64,000 nt of DNA from an uncultured Planctomycetota bacterium (lineage in GTDB: Bacteria > Planctomycetota > Planctomycetia > Pirellulales > Lacipirellulaceae), in the NCBI GenBank assembly GCA_963719315.1, contig CAVRBU010000002.1, forward strand, positions 32,001 through 96,000, read 5' to 3'. A program made the position numbers and the translations under genes. The notes beneath the pieces are model-generated. The model did not search any database, had not been told where the DNA came from, and saw only the letters and a list, made by a program, of their open reading frames with translations. Position 1 is the stretch's first letter, and every line of letters starts with the position of its first letter. This document shows, piece by piece, positions 1 to 10,766 of this stretch.

Positions 1-171
1 CTCATCCACGAAGGTCAAACCAGTCAGGTCCACGCGGAGGGCTGGCTTGTCCTTGCTTGCCAACGTACGGCGCCAGCACTTGTCCAGCTCTTCGAGGCAC
101 GGGCGTGACAACCTGCCTTCAAGCTGGAAAGTAACTGATTGGGAGTTGTGGTGGACCGTGATTCGTAGCAT
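1..171 (-). CDS. STAS-like (anti-anti-sigma) small protein, runs off window edge
   Basis: Hand translation MLRITVHHNSQSVTFQLEGRL...LRVDLTGLTFVDE; the DLxxxxFxD motif is typical of STAS domains; GAGGA RBS-like sequence upstream. Confidence 0.65.
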   Translation of the reverse strand, partial: MLRITVHHNSQSVTFQLEGRLSRPCLEELDKCWRRTLASKDKPALRVDLTGLTFVDE

Positions 172-617
172 CGCTCACATCCTCACTTAGTTCTGTTCGT
201 TAAAAATGCCCCCCGTATTGGCGCCGGAAATTGTGCGCCTCTCGGTCAGCGGCGCTCATGGTTCGCGCTGTGCCACAGCGAAGGAGCGCTCGACACTTGC
301 TGCCGTGAATTTCCCAACGCCACAGTTTGAACGTGATCGGGTAAAAAATTACGTACATGGCAACTCCCCGCCTTTTGAAAGCGCAGTTGGCACCCAAGCG
401 CTAAGCCGAGATGTTTTTAGTTCGTTGTTTCGGAGCTCGCTCTGTGTCCGAATAAAGCAAGAGACGGACCGAAGGCGACTCCGGATAAAGCGCGACCTCG
501 CAACCAGCGAAATAAAAAGGAGTTGCAGCGAAGATAGGCGCAAAGCGCTGAGCGACGAAGCTCAGCCCACCGGCGATTAGCTGCCCGCGGGCCGGCCCGG
601 ACGCCAATGGGCGGGCA

Positions 618-2162
618 CTACTCGGCTTTAGAGATGCCGAGCCGTTTCATCTTCCATTGCAACGTCGATCGCTTCATTCCAAGACGGGCCGCGGCTCCTT
701 TCGGCCCGCCAACCACCCAGCCGGTCTCGCGGAGGGCGTTCAGGATGTGCGCTCGTTCTGCATCGGTCAGCGTAACGGCTGATTCGCACGGCTCGGAAGT
801 TTGATCCGGCAATTGCAAGTCGCCGAACGGGACCTGCAGCGATTTGCCAGGTGAAAGAATAACCGCGCGCTCAATCACATTCTGCAACTCGCGCACGTTG
901 CCTGGCCAAGGGTAATGCGTCAGTGCCTCCATGGTTGCAGTTGGGATGCTTTCGATTCGTCGCCCCATCCTCCGTGCGAATCGCTGTGTGAAGTGGCGGG
1001 CCAAGCGTGGAATATCATCCGGGCGATCTCGCAGAGGCGGCAATACGACTGGGAAGACATTCAGACGGTAGTACAGATCGCCGCGGAAGCGGCCTTCCGC
1101 AACCATCTGCCCCAAATCTTGGTTGGTCGCAGCGATAAGCCGCACATCGACGCGGATGGTGCGAGTGCTGCCCAGGCGCTCGAATTCCTGCTCCTGCAGT
1201 ACGCGCAATAACTTAGGTTGTAACTCCAGTGGGATATCGCCTACCTCATCAAGAAAAAGAGTTCCCGCATTTGCCAGCTCGAAGCGGCCAATCTTTTGTG
1301 CGATGGCCCCAGTGAACGCCCCTTTCTCGTGACCAAATAATTCGCTCTCCAACAAGCCCAAAGGGATGGCCGCGCAGTTTAGCTTAACAAATGTGCGGTC
1401 GCGGCGCGTGCTTAAATCGTGCAGTGCGCGAGCGATCAGTTCTTTCCCCGTACCGGTTTCCCCGCAGATCAGTGCTGTCGAATCGGTTGGGGCGACAGTC
1501 TCAATCTTCTTGAGGACGGCGCGCAGTGTGCTGCTTTCCCCGACGATGTCGCCGAACTGCTCGGCGTGGACTTCCTCTTCTAAGTACACCTTTTCCTGCT
1601 GCAGTTTTTCGTTGAGAGCTTCGATTTCTTCGAAGGCTAAGGCGTTCTCGACTGCCACGGCCACCTGGTTAGCGACCTGCCGCAAGAATGGTAGGTCTCC
1701 CGCCTCGTAAGTGGACGCCTGCTTGGACGTGAATACCAGCGCGCCTAACCGCCGCCGGGAAGTCGTCAGCGGCAACCAGCAGTAACTCTCCACACCATAC
1801 GCCTGCACTCGTTCCAGCAACCGTGGCCAGCGCTTGAGTTCATCGATGTGAGAGGTGATGAGCGGCTGCTGAGTTTGCCAGACCAAACCCGCTGGATCGT
1901 CTTCCACGGGCAGAACGATTACCGTACCAGGTGGAACTGGTTCGCCGGTCTCCAGAACGTGCAGGCGCATGCTGCTCGTCTCCCCGTCGTGCAGCACCAA
2001 GGCAAGGTAGTCAAAAGGCACCAACCGACCGAGTTGGCCGGCTAAGTCGTGGAGCAGCGACGACAAATCGTAGTGCGAGATAATCGCTTCTGAAATCGCT
2101 AACAGCGCCTGGTAGCGATCACTGGTAGTAATTGCCGGGCCGTCGTCGTGGGCGTCTGTCAT
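618..2162 (-). CDS. Sigma-54-dependent enhancer-binding protein, FhlA-like (GAF + AAA+ + Fis HTH)
   Basis: GETGTGKE Walker A, GAFTGA loop, [18 protein letters not shown]-terminal HTH, N-terminal GAF. Confidence 0.93.
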   Translation of the reverse strand: MTDAHDDGPAITTSDRYQALLAISEAIISHYDLSSLLHDLAGQLGRLVPFDYLALVLHDGETSSMRLHVLETGEPVPPGTVIVLPVEDDPAGLVWQTQQPLITSHIDELKRWPRLLERVQAYGVESYCWLPLTTSRRRLGALVFTSKQASTYEAGDLPFLRQVANQVAVAVENALAFEEIEALNEKLQQEKVYLEEEVHAEQFGDIVGESSTLRAVLKKIETVAPTDSTALICGETGTGKELIARALHDLSTRRDRTFVKLNCAAIPLGLLESELFGHEKGAFTGAIAQKIGRFELANAGTLFLDEVGDIPLELQPKLLRVLQEQEFERLGSTRTIRVDVRLIAATNQDLGQMVAEGRFRGDLYYRLNVFPVVLPPLRDRPDDIPRLARHFTQRFARRMGRRIESIPTATMEALTHYPWPGNVRELQNVIERAVILSPGKSLQVPFGDLQLPDQTSEPCESAVTLTDAERAHILNALRETGWVVGGPKGAAARLGMKRSTLQWKMKRLGISKAE

Positions 2163-2653
2163 CGCGAAGAGCCTTGGTCAGTGAGCTTTGCGCGCTACCA
2201 AATCCAGAACTGGTCGCCACGTCCTCAAAGCTCCCGTTATAGCCGTATTCTACTCTATTTAGGTCGCCCGGAGATAGGCGATAGCTTCTCGGTTCACAAC
2301 GTCAATACGCGGATTGAATGATTGACGTTACGCGCCTCAGTGGCGCACACGGAGGGACGATTCAATTTAATTTGCCAATAGCGGCTTCTGAGGTCAAAGC
2401 GCGCCGTCGAAAATGATTTGTCCGCCGTCGACGATTGGCCCCACGTGTTGCGACTGAGAACGCAAAGGGGGGCGTGACATCCGTTGCGAGCAGAGTTTGG
2501 ATTCGGAACCGAGGCGTTCAAAAAAGGTCGGTGCTATTCGTTAGGAGCAATTGTGGCCTAGAAGAGGCCGTCGCAACTCCAGCTTTGACGAGGGACCCCC
2601 GACAGCCTTGGTCAAGGCATGAAACGGTTCGCAGAAGCAATTCGAGAGAAAAC

Positions 2654-2970
2654 TCGAACCTACGACCCTGAGACAACGCACCGCGCAACACCAGCACGTC
2701 GTCAATTCTGTACGACACCTTGCTTGCCCGGTGAGCCGCGGCGAGACGCACTGCAGTTAGTAGATTTCGCTGCAAAAAGACACTAAACCGATTGGTCGAT
2801 TGATTGCTCCAACAGATGCGCGACCAATAATCGCGGCGAGCGATGTTAGATATTCAGGTGTCGCAGAGTCGCAAAGGAGGAAGTCTAGTTGCGACTTCCC
2901 CCTTTGACGTGCGCTAGAAGCTGCTTGGGCTATTTTGGCTAAGTCCTTTACGGACTTGGACTACTGAAAA
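2654..2970. repeat. Diverged copy of the tRNA-proximal island end sequence
   Basis: Colinear homology to 23263-23584 and 41602-41923, starting TCGAACCTACGACCCTGAGACAACGCACCGCGC and containing the CAAAGG.GGA.GTC..GACTTCC.CCTTTG inverted repeat. Confidence 0.85.
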
Positions 2971-3012
2971 TGGCGGGGACAGGATTCGAACCTGCGACCT
3001 CGAGGTTATGAG
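2971..3012 (-). repeat. att core: 3' 42 bp of tRNA-fMet
   Basis: Identical to 41924-41965; identity stops at the 5' edge of the anticodon loop. Confidence 0.95.
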
Positions 3013-3176
3013 TTTAATCGTAGGATTCTCGTAACTTCGCTCTTTGCCGACACTTGTGAATCTTACATCCTCCTTTGCGGACGTGCAAGTTTTGTTATTC
3101 TTTGCCGTTGATTATCAAGTATTGCAAATATCGCCTTCGCACAGGGGGAAGCTAACGGTTGGTTCCCACGACGTGA
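3013..3176. repeat. tRNA-distal end sequence of island A
   Basis: Essentially ungapped homology, roughly 75-80% by eye, to 23627-23790. Confidence 0.85.
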
Positions 3177-3297
3177 TGTCGAATAGCGTGGCGAGGTTAA
3201 CCAGCTGATATCAAGGCTCTGTAGCCGGCGATTTCCTGATTTCTGCAGCGAATCACCCGCCCATTCTCGAGTGAGAGCGTCCACGTGAATGTCGCAT

Positions 3298-4092
3298 TCA
3301 ACTCGCCCTCCGCGGGCCGGGAAAGAACGCATTGGTGCGAGCCATGTAAGCAACGTAGTCGGGTCGACGGTCAGCAATCGTGTTTTCGAGCAGCCTTACT
3401 CCTGACACCTTCAAGAGCAAGAATGTTATCAGCAGCGGACTGAAAAAAGTCATCCAGGTACCACCGGCCGCCGCGATCAGATAGAGTCCCCACCAAACAC
3501 AGAAGTCGCCAAAGTAATTGGGGTGCCGAGTGTATTGCCATAAACCATGGTCCATAACTCGCCCCGCGTTGTTTGGATCTATCTTGAATCGCGCAAGTTG
3601 CCAGTCGGCGACGGCCTCGAAAAACAGGCCGAGACCCCAAATTGTGATCCCGGCCACGTCAAGCCAGCCGGGCGGAACAGATGAATTCAGCGCCGCGGCG
3701 CATTGGATCGGAAGTGACACAAACCAAAGAATCGCTGCTTGCAGCAGAAATACGGTAAAGAGACTCACCCACCAGAATCGACGGCCATGATGAGTTCGCA
3801 TCGCGGCGTAGCGGCGGTCTTCGCCGTGTCCCAAGTTGCGCCACAACAGGAAAAGTGACAGGCGCAGGCCCCAGATAGTCGTCAAGCTGGAAAGGATTAG
3901 GACACGCAGTGAAGCCGGTGAATTCATGTACCAAGCGACCCAGGCCACAATGACGAAACCAGCGCCCCAAAACGGATCGACGATGCTCACGTCACGCCGC
4001 ACCGTGCTGATGACCCACAGCGCGAACATGACGAGCATGATCACGAGGAGGTTCATCAGCAATGTTTGCATCAGAGGAGACATGATATTCAA
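3298..4092 (-). CDS. DUF1295 / steroid 5-alpha-reductase-like membrane protein
   Basis: SIVDPFWG, GEDRRY, GLWQYTRHPNYFGD motifs. Confidence 0.9.
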   Translation of the reverse strand: MNIMSPLMQTLLMNLLVIMLVMFALWVISTVRRDVSIVDPFWGAGFVIVAWVAWYMNSPASLRVLILSSLTTIWGLRLSLFLLWRNLGHGEDRRYAAMRTHHGRRFWWVSLFTVFLLQAAILWFVSLPIQCAAALNSSVPPGWLDVAGITIWGLGLFFEAVADWQLARFKIDPNNAGRVMDHGLWQYTRHPNYFGDFCVWWGLYLIAAAGGTWMTFFSPLLITFLLLKVSGVRLLENTIADRRPDYVAYMARTNAFFPGPRRAS

Positions 4093-5186
4093 TACTTATG
4101 CGTCCCGTTGGATTTAGAGGGCGCAACATTTTCCAACACGTAATGCGATACGAACCACTCGTCACCGCCCGCAAAGCCGAACAGTTCGGCGACAGCAAGG
4201 AAGAACATCCGCCAGCGGTTTAGCCAGCGGCTCGCTGCGTTTGTGCCATAAACCGCTGCCAATATCGGCAGCACGTCGTCACGTCGGGCGTCCAGGTTGG
4301 CGAGCCACGCGTCAGCCGTTCGCTTGTAATGTCGGCCGCTCCAAGAATACTGCTGAGACACCGTCAAGGAGTGATTGAATTGGTTTAGGAGGTCGACGCT
4401 CGGCATGATACCGCCAGTGAAAAAATGGCGTCCCATCCAATTTGCCGCGCCGACCGTCTCCAATGGATACGACAGGCTGCGGTGGCAGAAAATGTGAATG
4501 AACAGCTTTCCGTCCGGTCTGAGCCACGACGCGATGCGCTGCAGCAGAGATTCGTAGTTTCGCATGTGCTCAAACATTTCCACGGAGACAACACGGTCGA
4601 ATGTTAGCTCACCCGGCCCGAAGTCGTTCATGTCGGACGTGATGACCCGAAGGTTTTTCAAACCACGCGACAGGGTCTCTGCTTCAATAAAGTGCCGCTG
4701 AGGGGCCGAGTTGGAAACGGCCGTGATCCGGCTGTTTCGGAAACGCTCTGCCATCCACAATGAAAGCGACCCCCAACCGCAACCTAGTTCAAGAATTTGT
4801 TGACCGTCGGCAATATCGGCACGCTTGCAGGTCACCGCCAACGCGGCTTCTTCGGTTTCGGGCAGAGTGGTAAGGTCACTCGGAAAGTAACAGCAGCTGT
4901 ATTTGCGCCGCGGACCGAGAACGGCTGCGAAGAACTCTGGCGGCAGCTCATAATGCTGCTGATTCGCCATTTTCGGAACGAGTGCGATTGGGCCTGAACG
5001 CATTGATTCGAGAAACACCGCGCGCGATGAGTCGTTAAAGCCGCCCAAATCTTGCCGTGATTGTCGAATGCGCTCGCGACACAGACGACGGATCGCCATG
5101 CGAGTTACAACGTCGGGCACAAGCCCTTGCTCGATTGCTTCGATTCCAATTGCCGTAACGCTCATGCAAGCCCTCACTACACGCAC
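4089..5186 (-). CDS. SAM-dependent methyltransferase, cyclopropane-fatty-acid synthase-like
   Basis: ANQQHYELP, KYSCC, ILELGCGWG, VSVEMFEHM. Confidence 0.9.
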   Translation of the reverse strand: MRVVRACMSVTAIGIEAIEQGLVPDVVTRMAIRRLCRERIRQSRQDLGGFNDSSRAVFLESMRSGPIALVPKMANQQHYELPPEFFAAVLGPRRKYSCCYFPSDLTTLPETEEAALAVTCKRADIADGQQILELGCGWGSLSLWMAERFRNSRITAVSNSAPQRHFIEAETLSRGLKNLRVITSDMNDFGPGELTFDRVVSVEMFEHMRNYESLLQRIASWLRPDGKLFIHIFCHRSLSYPLETVGAANWMGRHFFTGGIMPSVDLLNQFNHSLTVSQQYSWSGRHYKRTADAWLANLDARRDDVLPILAAVYGTNAASRWLNRWRMFFLAVAELFGFAGGDEWFVSHYVLENVAPSKSNGTHKY

Positions 5187-6514
5187 AGCGATCGCTCGCG
5201 AGGCGGTCGAACAAGAGGCTTAGTTGTTTCGGCGCAATTCTGTTGCGCAGCACAACCTCTGCCCAGATCGACCAAGTCGCGTCGGCATTCTGGCTTGTCA
5301 AACTGAATCTGCAGCACGCCGACGTGGCGTTCTTCGAAAGCGGCTTCGCAATAACAGAGGTAGTAGTTCCATAACCGGATAAACTCTTCCGAGTACCCCA
5401 GTCGCCGCACATCGTCGAGCCGCATGTGGAAGGCTTTCCGCCAACGCCGCAAGGTCTCAGCGTAGTGCGGAGCAAAATCTTCGGCATGCACGAATCTCAG
5501 GTCGGTCGCGCGGCCGATGGAAGCCAAGATTGCGCCGAGCGACGGCAGGCATCCGCCGGGAAAGACGTAGCGTTGAATGAAGTCGACCGATTTCAGATAC
5601 TGCCCGTAGCCGCGTTCAGGCATAACAATCGCCTGCAAAACCAGCGAACCATCTGGCCGGAGCAATCTGCCGCACTGGCGAAAGTAATCATCCAAGAACC
5701 GATAACCAACTGCTTCGATCATTTCAATGGAGACCAGTTTGTCGAATTGGCCGCGCAACTCGCGATAGTCCTGCTGCTGCAGCGTGACCTGGCTCGCTAA
5801 CCCCGCCTCATTGATACGCTGCTGTGCGACTTCGAACTGTTCCCGCGAAATCGTGGTCGTTGTTACGTGGCAGCCGTAATTCTTCGCTGCGTGGATCGCA
5901 AAGCCACCCCAGCCGGTGCCGATTTCCAATACTTCGTCCGACGGCCGAAGACCGAGTTTGCGGCAGACGCGGTCGAACTTTTCGACCGACGCCTCTCGCA
6001 GTGAAACTCCAGGTGCGGGAAAGATGCCGCTGGAATACGCCATCGTGTCGTCGAGCCACAAGCGAAAGAAATCGTTGCCGAGGTCGTAATGAGCGCCAAT
6101 GTTGCGGCGGCTCCCCTGACGCGTGTTTGAGCGCCACCAGTGAAAGAGTCGATGAAAATGGCTCGCGAGTCTCGCCAAGCCGCCATCGAGCCGGTCGGCG
6201 GAACTGCGGTTCCGAACGAGTATCCGAAACAGACTCGTCAAATCGGCGCATTCCCAATCGCCGCACAGATACGAGTCGGCAACCGACAACGTACCGCCCA
6301 ACACGGCTTGCCGAAAGAATCGCGGACGGTGGACCAGCATCGTTGCCTGCAAATCGGCGGGCTGGCCAAGCGTCGATGATCCGCTCGCATCACGCACCGT
6401 AATTTCGCCACGACCTAACCCGGTGAGTTGATTCATCACAACTCGTCGGGCCAGACGGTCGATGAAGCTGAGGGGAACTGGGGCAGTTTGATTTGCCGCA
6501 GGCGCGTTGCTCAT
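5177..6514 (-). CDS. cfa: Cyclopropane-fatty-acyl-phospholipid synthase family (Cfa/UfaM-like)
   Basis: [47 protein letters not shown]. Confidence 0.9.
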   Translation of the reverse strand: MSNAPAANQTAPVPLSFIDRLARRVVMNQLTGLGRGEITVRDASGSSTLGQPADLQATMLVHRPRFFRQAVLGGTLSVADSYLCGDWECADLTSLFRILVRNRSSADRLDGGLARLASHFHRLFHWWRSNTRQGSRRNIGAHYDLGNDFFRLWLDDTMAYSSGIFPAPGVSLREASVEKFDRVCRKLGLRPSDEVLEIGTGWGGFAIHAAKNYGCHVTTTTISREQFEVAQQRINEAGLASQVTLQQQDYRELRGQFDKLVSIEMIEAVGYRFLDDYFRQCGRLLRPDGSLVLQAIVMPERGYGQYLKSVDFIQRYVFPGGCLPSLGAILASIGRATDLRFVHAEDFAPHYAETLRRWRKAFHMRLDDVRRLGYSEEFIRLWNYYLCYCEAAFEERHVGVLQIQFDKPECRRDLVDLGRGCAAQQNCAETTKPLVRPPRERSLCV

Positions 6515-7371
6515 GAGGAAACTTTCTGCAGTCCTTGGTCGTCCGCCCGGACGATCGAGCGGGGTGGTTTCAAGGGGATCTGCGCTGGGGCCGACCGGCT
6601 TCTACCGGGGCCGTTCGTTTTCGGGTGCGGAACGAACGGCACTCGCTTTTGCCACAGGCGAAATGCTTGCCAATAGATTCCGGCAAACACTTGGGCCGTC
6701 ATAAGCGGATAACGGCACAGTACCCTCGCTAATTCGCTGCCGTTCAGGGGACGGCGGCAAAGCGTCAGCGTGGCATCGAACACCGGCTTCACTTCCGTCG
6801 CGGGTCGTTCGTGGCTTTCGATGCGAACCGCGAGCGTTTCGCTGGGTGCCGTGAGCCGAAACCTATAATCGAAGTCCATACCAAGGAACGGCGAGACGTG
6901 GAGCTCCTTGGGTGCTCTGGCACTGATCGTGCGGCCTTGCTGAGTCCGCACCTCGAGCACATAGCAATGCTGTTCGCCCCACGGCGTGTTGGTTACCTCG
7001 GCGACGACGGACTGGATTCGCTCATCGGCGTCGAAGCAGTAATAGAGGCTAATCGGGTTCATCGCGAAGCCGAGATAGCGGAAGTGGGTGAGCAGCCGAA
7101 TCGGACCAGCCGGCCGTTTGCCAGTGTGATCCCAAACCAAGTCGCGGACCGATTCTGCGAGCGGCTGGTCTGCCGGACCGAGATGGTCGGCACGACGCAA
7201 CCATGCCAGGTTTGGACGGTTGGCCGACCACAGCCAGCGGTGACGAAACAGCGTCGGCAACTCGTCCAAATCGACGTACATCAAGAACAGTCGATTACGA
7301 AACTCGTGATTCACCGGTGCGAGTCGCCGGTGCTGAACCTCGCCTTCATAGATGCAGCTTTGGATGCTCAT
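6511..7371 (-). CDS. DUF1365 family protein (UfaO-like)
   Basis: [48 protein letters not shown]. Confidence 0.9.
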   Translation of the reverse strand: MSIQSCIYEGEVQHRRLAPVNHEFRNRLFLMYVDLDELPTLFRHRWLWSANRPNLAWLRRADHLGPADQPLAESVRDLVWDHTGKRPAGPIRLLTHFRYLGFAMNPISLYYCFDADERIQSVVAEVTNTPWGEQHCYVLEVRTQQGRTISARAPKELHVSPFLGMDFDYRFRLTAPSETLAVRIESHERPATEVKPVFDATLTLCRRPLNGSELARVLCRYPLMTAQVFAGIYWQAFRLWQKRVPFVPHPKTNGPGRSRSAPAQIPLKPPRSIVRADDQGLQKVSS

Positions 7372-8705
7372 TCGACGACTCCGGCAAGTGGAGTTGGACA
7401 GGCTCTTTTACACGCCCGGGGTGGCGACGACTTCAACGACGATCCTAAATCGGCCGAGGAATCTTTCTGCCGGATGGCATTCACAACCGCCAGCGCGCTG
7501 ACGACACCGTCTTCGTGAAAACCATTTCGCCAGTAGGCTCCGCAGTACGAGGTGCAGTTGGCGTTCAGAACCTCAGCGTGACGAGCCTGGGCGGACCGGC
7601 GTTGTGTCGTAAACACGGGGTGTTGGTATTCACACCTTCGCAGCACCAGCTCGGGCGCAATGCGCGATTTGTCATTTAATGTCACGCAGAACGTGTGCCG
7701 CGAGCGAACCCCTTGCAACATATTCATGTTGTAGGTGACGCTTGCAGGGCACGAGTCGTCGCCGTTTAGGCGATAGTTCCAACTTGCCCACGCCCGTTTA
7801 GTCCGTGGCAATAGCGACACGTCGGTGTGTAATACAGCTACATTTTGTTCATAGGGAAACGCCGACAGGATTTCTCGCTCTTCCGTCGTTGCTGCTTCGC
7901 CAAGAATTCGCAACGCCTGATCGCTATGACAAGCGAAGATCACATGGTCGAAGGACTCACTCGACCGGCCGCGCGGCTGCAGGTCGACGCGATTCGGAAA
8001 CCGCCGAACGCTGTGCACCGGCGTTCGCAGCCGAATTCTATCACGAAAGGTGCGCGTCATCGCTTCCACGTACGTCCGTGAACCCCCCTCGACAACGCGC
8101 CATGTCGGCCGTCGAAACACATTGAGTAAGCCGTGATTGCGGTAGAAGTCGACGATAAACCGGATCGGAAACTGCGCGAACGTCCCGATCGGGCAGGACC
8201 AGATCGCCGCGCCCATGGGAAGCAGATAGTACCTCGCAAACTCCTCCGAAAATCGGTGCTGAAGCAGGTATTCGCCAACCGTGATCTCGTTGTTGCCTTC
8301 AAAGACGAGATGCCGGGCCTCCCGATTGAATCGCAGGATGTCGGCCAGCATTCGATAGAAGCGCCGCCGCACAAGATTGCGACGCTGAGCGAACAGCGTG
8401 TTCAGCGAATGGCCGTTATATTCCAGGCCGCTCCGCTCGTCGCGTACGCTAAAACTCATCGTCGTCGACCTCGATGCGACACCCAGTTCTTCGAGCAGCT
8501 GAATGAAGTGCGGATAAGTCCAGTCGTTAAACACGATAAAGCCCGTGTCGATGGCGTGCCGTTCGCCATCAAGTTCGACATCAATCGTGTTCGTATGGCC
8601 GCCGATATAATCGTTAGCTTCAAACACTGTGATGTCGTGTTCCGCACACAGCCGATATGCCGCCACGAGTCCCGAAATGCCTGCACCAATCACGGCAATT
8701 TTCAT
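7368..8705 (-). CDS. FAD-dependent oxidoreductase, amine-oxidase family (UfaD-like)
   Basis: GAGISG Rossmann motif, [32 protein letters not shown]. Confidence 0.9.
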   Translation of the reverse strand: MKIAVIGAGISGLVAAYRLCAEHDITVFEANDYIGGHTNTIDVELDGERHAIDTGFIVFNDWTYPHFIQLLEELGVASRSTTMSFSVRDERSGLEYNGHSLNTLFAQRRNLVRRRFYRMLADILRFNREARHLVFEGNNEITVGEYLLQHRFSEEFARYYLLPMGAAIWSCPIGTFAQFPIRFIVDFYRNHGLLNVFRRPTWRVVEGGSRTYVEAMTRTFRDRIRLRTPVHSVRRFPNRVDLQPRGRSSESFDHVIFACHSDQALRILGEAATTEEREILSAFPYEQNVAVLHTDVSLLPRTKRAWASWNYRLNGDDSCPASVTYNMNMLQGVRSRHTFCVTLNDKSRIAPELVLRRCEYQHPVFTTQRRSAQARHAEVLNANCTSYCGAYWRNGFHEDGVVSALAVVNAIRQKDSSADLGSSLKSSPPRACKRACPTPLAGVVE

Positions 8706-8788
8706 GTCTCAATCTCAGCAAATTTACAACAGTTGCTAACGGAGCCAGTAGTTTCTCGAGCGGCCGCCTGATTCGGATCGCAATCTGC

Positions 8789-8965
8789 TCAGCTAGTATG
8801 CTGAATTGTCTGAGGGGTCTCACGCAGCTCGCCACGCAGCACGCGAACCGACTTGGGCGCTTCAATACCGATCTTGATTCGGTCGCCTTGGATCGCCGTG
8901 ACGACGACTACGATGTCCCCCGCAATCCTAATTCGTTCGCCGACTTTTCGGGAAAGAACCAACAT
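8789..8965 (-). CDS. csrA: Carbon storage regulator CsrA
   Basis: MLVLSRKVGERIRI...IKIGIEAPKSVRVLRGEL; AGGA RBS. Confidence 0.9.
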   Translation of the reverse strand: MLVLSRKVGERIRIAGDIVVVVTAIQGDRIKIGIEAPKSVRVLRGELRETPQTIQHTS

Positions 8966-9047
8966 CCGTTCATCCTCCTGCGCGGCACCACGGCCACACC
9001 GCAACTTCTCCTAGGATACTCTTATTCTTGCCAAGCACCTTGGTGAT

Positions 9048-9152
9048 TCAATCTTTAACATCTGTTTCAACCGCATAGACCAGTATCACCGTGGCGACCA
9101 CGCACAATAAGGTCGCGAAACAGCCGACAACAAAAATAATCCAGTCAGTCAT
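9048..9152 (-). CDS. Small single-TM protein (34 aa)
   Basis: Hand translation MTDWIIFVVGCFATLLCVVATVILVYAVETDVKD; overlaps the end of the upstream small ORF. Confidence 0.5.
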   Translation of the reverse strand: MTDWIIFVVGCFATLLCVVATVILVYAVETDVKD

Positions 9153-9327
9153 GACGTCGCCCTCTGTCGTTGGTGACCAGGGCGCCGAATGACAGAATGG
9201 ACGGAACCCACAGTCCCACGAAAAGACCCTGTTCCTTGTCTACGAAAAACCAGAGGTAGACCGAGAACAAGAAGGAGAGCCCGGCGGCGGCCAGGATTAG
9301 GAGCTTCGCCGTCTTCACGCTAGTCAT
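9145..9327 (-). CDS. Small membrane protein (60 aa)
   Basis: Two hydrophobic segments, GLFVGLWVPSIL motif, AGGA RBS. Confidence 0.7.
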   Translation of the reverse strand: MTSVKTAKLLILAAAGLSFLFSVYLWFFVDKEQGLFVGLWVPSILSFGALVTNDRGRRHD

Positions 9328-9365
9328 GGTTCATTTCCTGTGTGAATTGCGGTACCCGGTAAGAG

Positions 9366-9403
9366 AAAAAAGTCATGGCTGGCGGGCGGCCGCCAGCCAT
9401 GAC
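9366..9403 (-). terminator. Intrinsic terminator after the fasciclin gene
   Basis: 14-bp perfect stem GTCATGGCTGGCGG/CCGCCAGCCATGAC followed by T6 on the minus strand. Confidence 0.85.
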
Positions 9404-9418
9404 CTCCAATTACACAAA

Positions 9419-10375
9419 CTACTCTTTGGGCAGTAGAACTGCGTCGATCACATGGATCACGCCATTGCCGCAGTCGATGTCGGCCTTGACCACCTTGGCA
9501 TTGTTGATCTTCACGCCGTCCTTGGCATCGATCGTCGCGGTTTGACCCAGCAAGGTCTCTGCCGATTTGAGCTTCACGGCGTCGGCAGCCTTTACCTTCC
9601 CGGCGACCACGTGGTAGGTCAGAATCGCTACCAGCTTGTCCTTGTTCTCGGGCTTGAGAAGCATCTCGACAGTGCCCGCGGGCAGCTTCGCGAAGGCTTC
9701 ATCGGTAGGCGCGAAGACGGTGAAAGGCCCTTTGCCCTTCAAAGTCTCAACGAGTCCAGCCGCCTTGAGAGCGGCAGCCAGCGTCTTGAACGAGCCCGCC
9801 TTCACAGCCGTGTCAACGATATCCATCGGCCCTTCCTTGGGAAGCAGAACCGTATCGATGACATGGATCACGCCGTTGCCGCAGGCAATGTCGGTCTTTC
9901 CGACGTTCGCATCGTTCACCATCACCTTACCGTCAGCGACCCTGATCTTTACCTCAGAACCCTGAACCGTCTTGGCTTTCGAGAGTTTCACAACATCTGC
10001 GGCCATGACCTTTCCGGCCACCACATGGTAAGTCAAGATCGCCGCCAGCTTGTCCTTATTGTCCGGCTCGAGCAGTGTCTCGACCGTGCCGGCGGGCAGC
10101 TTCGCGAAGGCTTCATCGCTCGGCGCGAAGACGGTGAACGGCCCCTTGCCCTTCAACGTGTCCATAAGTCCAGCCGCCTTTAGGGCAGCGGCCAGCGTCT
10201 TAAAAGAGCCCGCCTTCACCGCGGTGTCGACAATATCCATCTTCGTTTCCTTCTCATAGGCGACTGTAGTGACGGAGTGTTTTGCACACTTCTTGCCGGC
10301 CACAGCAGCCGACGATGCGGCCAACAGGATGGCAACGACGCTTAACATAACTGAACTTTTCAAAGCACACGACAT
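9419..10375 (-). CDS. Secreted fasciclin protein with two near-identical FAS1 domains
   Basis: Signal peptide; twice [15 protein letters not shown]...[12 protein letters not shown]...ILTYHVV...NGVIHVID. Confidence 0.93.
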   Translation of the reverse strand: MSCALKSSVMLSVVAILLAASSAAVAGKKCAKHSVTTVAYEKETKMDIVDTAVKAGSFKTLAAALKAAGLMDTLKGKGPFTVFAPSDEAFAKLPAGTVETLLEPDNKDKLAAILTYHVVAGKVMAADVVKLSKAKTVQGSEVKIRVADGKVMVNDANVGKTDIACGNGVIHVIDTVLLPKEGPMDIVDTAVKAGSFKTLAAALKAAGLVETLKGKGPFTVFAPTDEAFAKLPAGTVEMLLKPENKDKLVAILTYHVVAGKVKAADAVKLKSAETLLGQTATIDAKDGVKINNAKVVKADIDCGNGVIHVIDAVLLPKE

Positions 10376-10568
10376 GACACATTCCTTTTCAAACAGGGAA
10401 AAACAGACTGAACCAAACACTTGGACGAATCGACTTGCTGACGCTGGTTGTCACGGCGGCCGCCACCCGGGAAGGCGTGCCATGAGAAGTTCCGATAACG
10501 GTTGAAATCCAGTTCATCCTTCGGTTCCCAAGTTTGGACCAACAAATCGTGCAAATCGTTCACACGGA

Positions 10569-10598
10569 GTTATACGCGACCACACCTGCGTTCGTCAA
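10569..10598 (-). promoter_or_regulatory. Putative sigma70 promoter for the fasciclin/ufa-like operon
   Basis: TTGACG-N18-TATAAC on the minus strand. Confidence 0.5.
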
Positions 10599-10699
10599 CA
10601 ACCATTTATAGAATTCACCCTCCATAGCCGGTGTATTGTGCTGCAAATAAAAGCCAACACAGGACTTATGGCAAACGAGAAATCTCATATCGGCTGTAG

Positions 10700-10728
10700 T
10701 GGACAACGTATCTGTCCGACTCTATAAT
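10700..10728 (+). promoter_or_regulatory. Putative sigma70 promoter for the regulator-dps-uvsE operon
   Basis: TGGACA-N17-TATAAT. Confidence 0.65.
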
Positions 10729-10766
10729 TCGTTCAAATCATTCACTCAAGCCCGATTGGCACACGC

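Noticed and set aside
2971..3012. Extra tRNA genes at 2971 and 23585
   Set aside because: Only the 3' half is present, with no D-arm or acceptor 5' strand; these are att duplications.
9419..10240. ~400-bp internal direct repeat as a mobile or recombination feature
   Set aside because: Explained by tandem FAS1 domain duplication within one gene.
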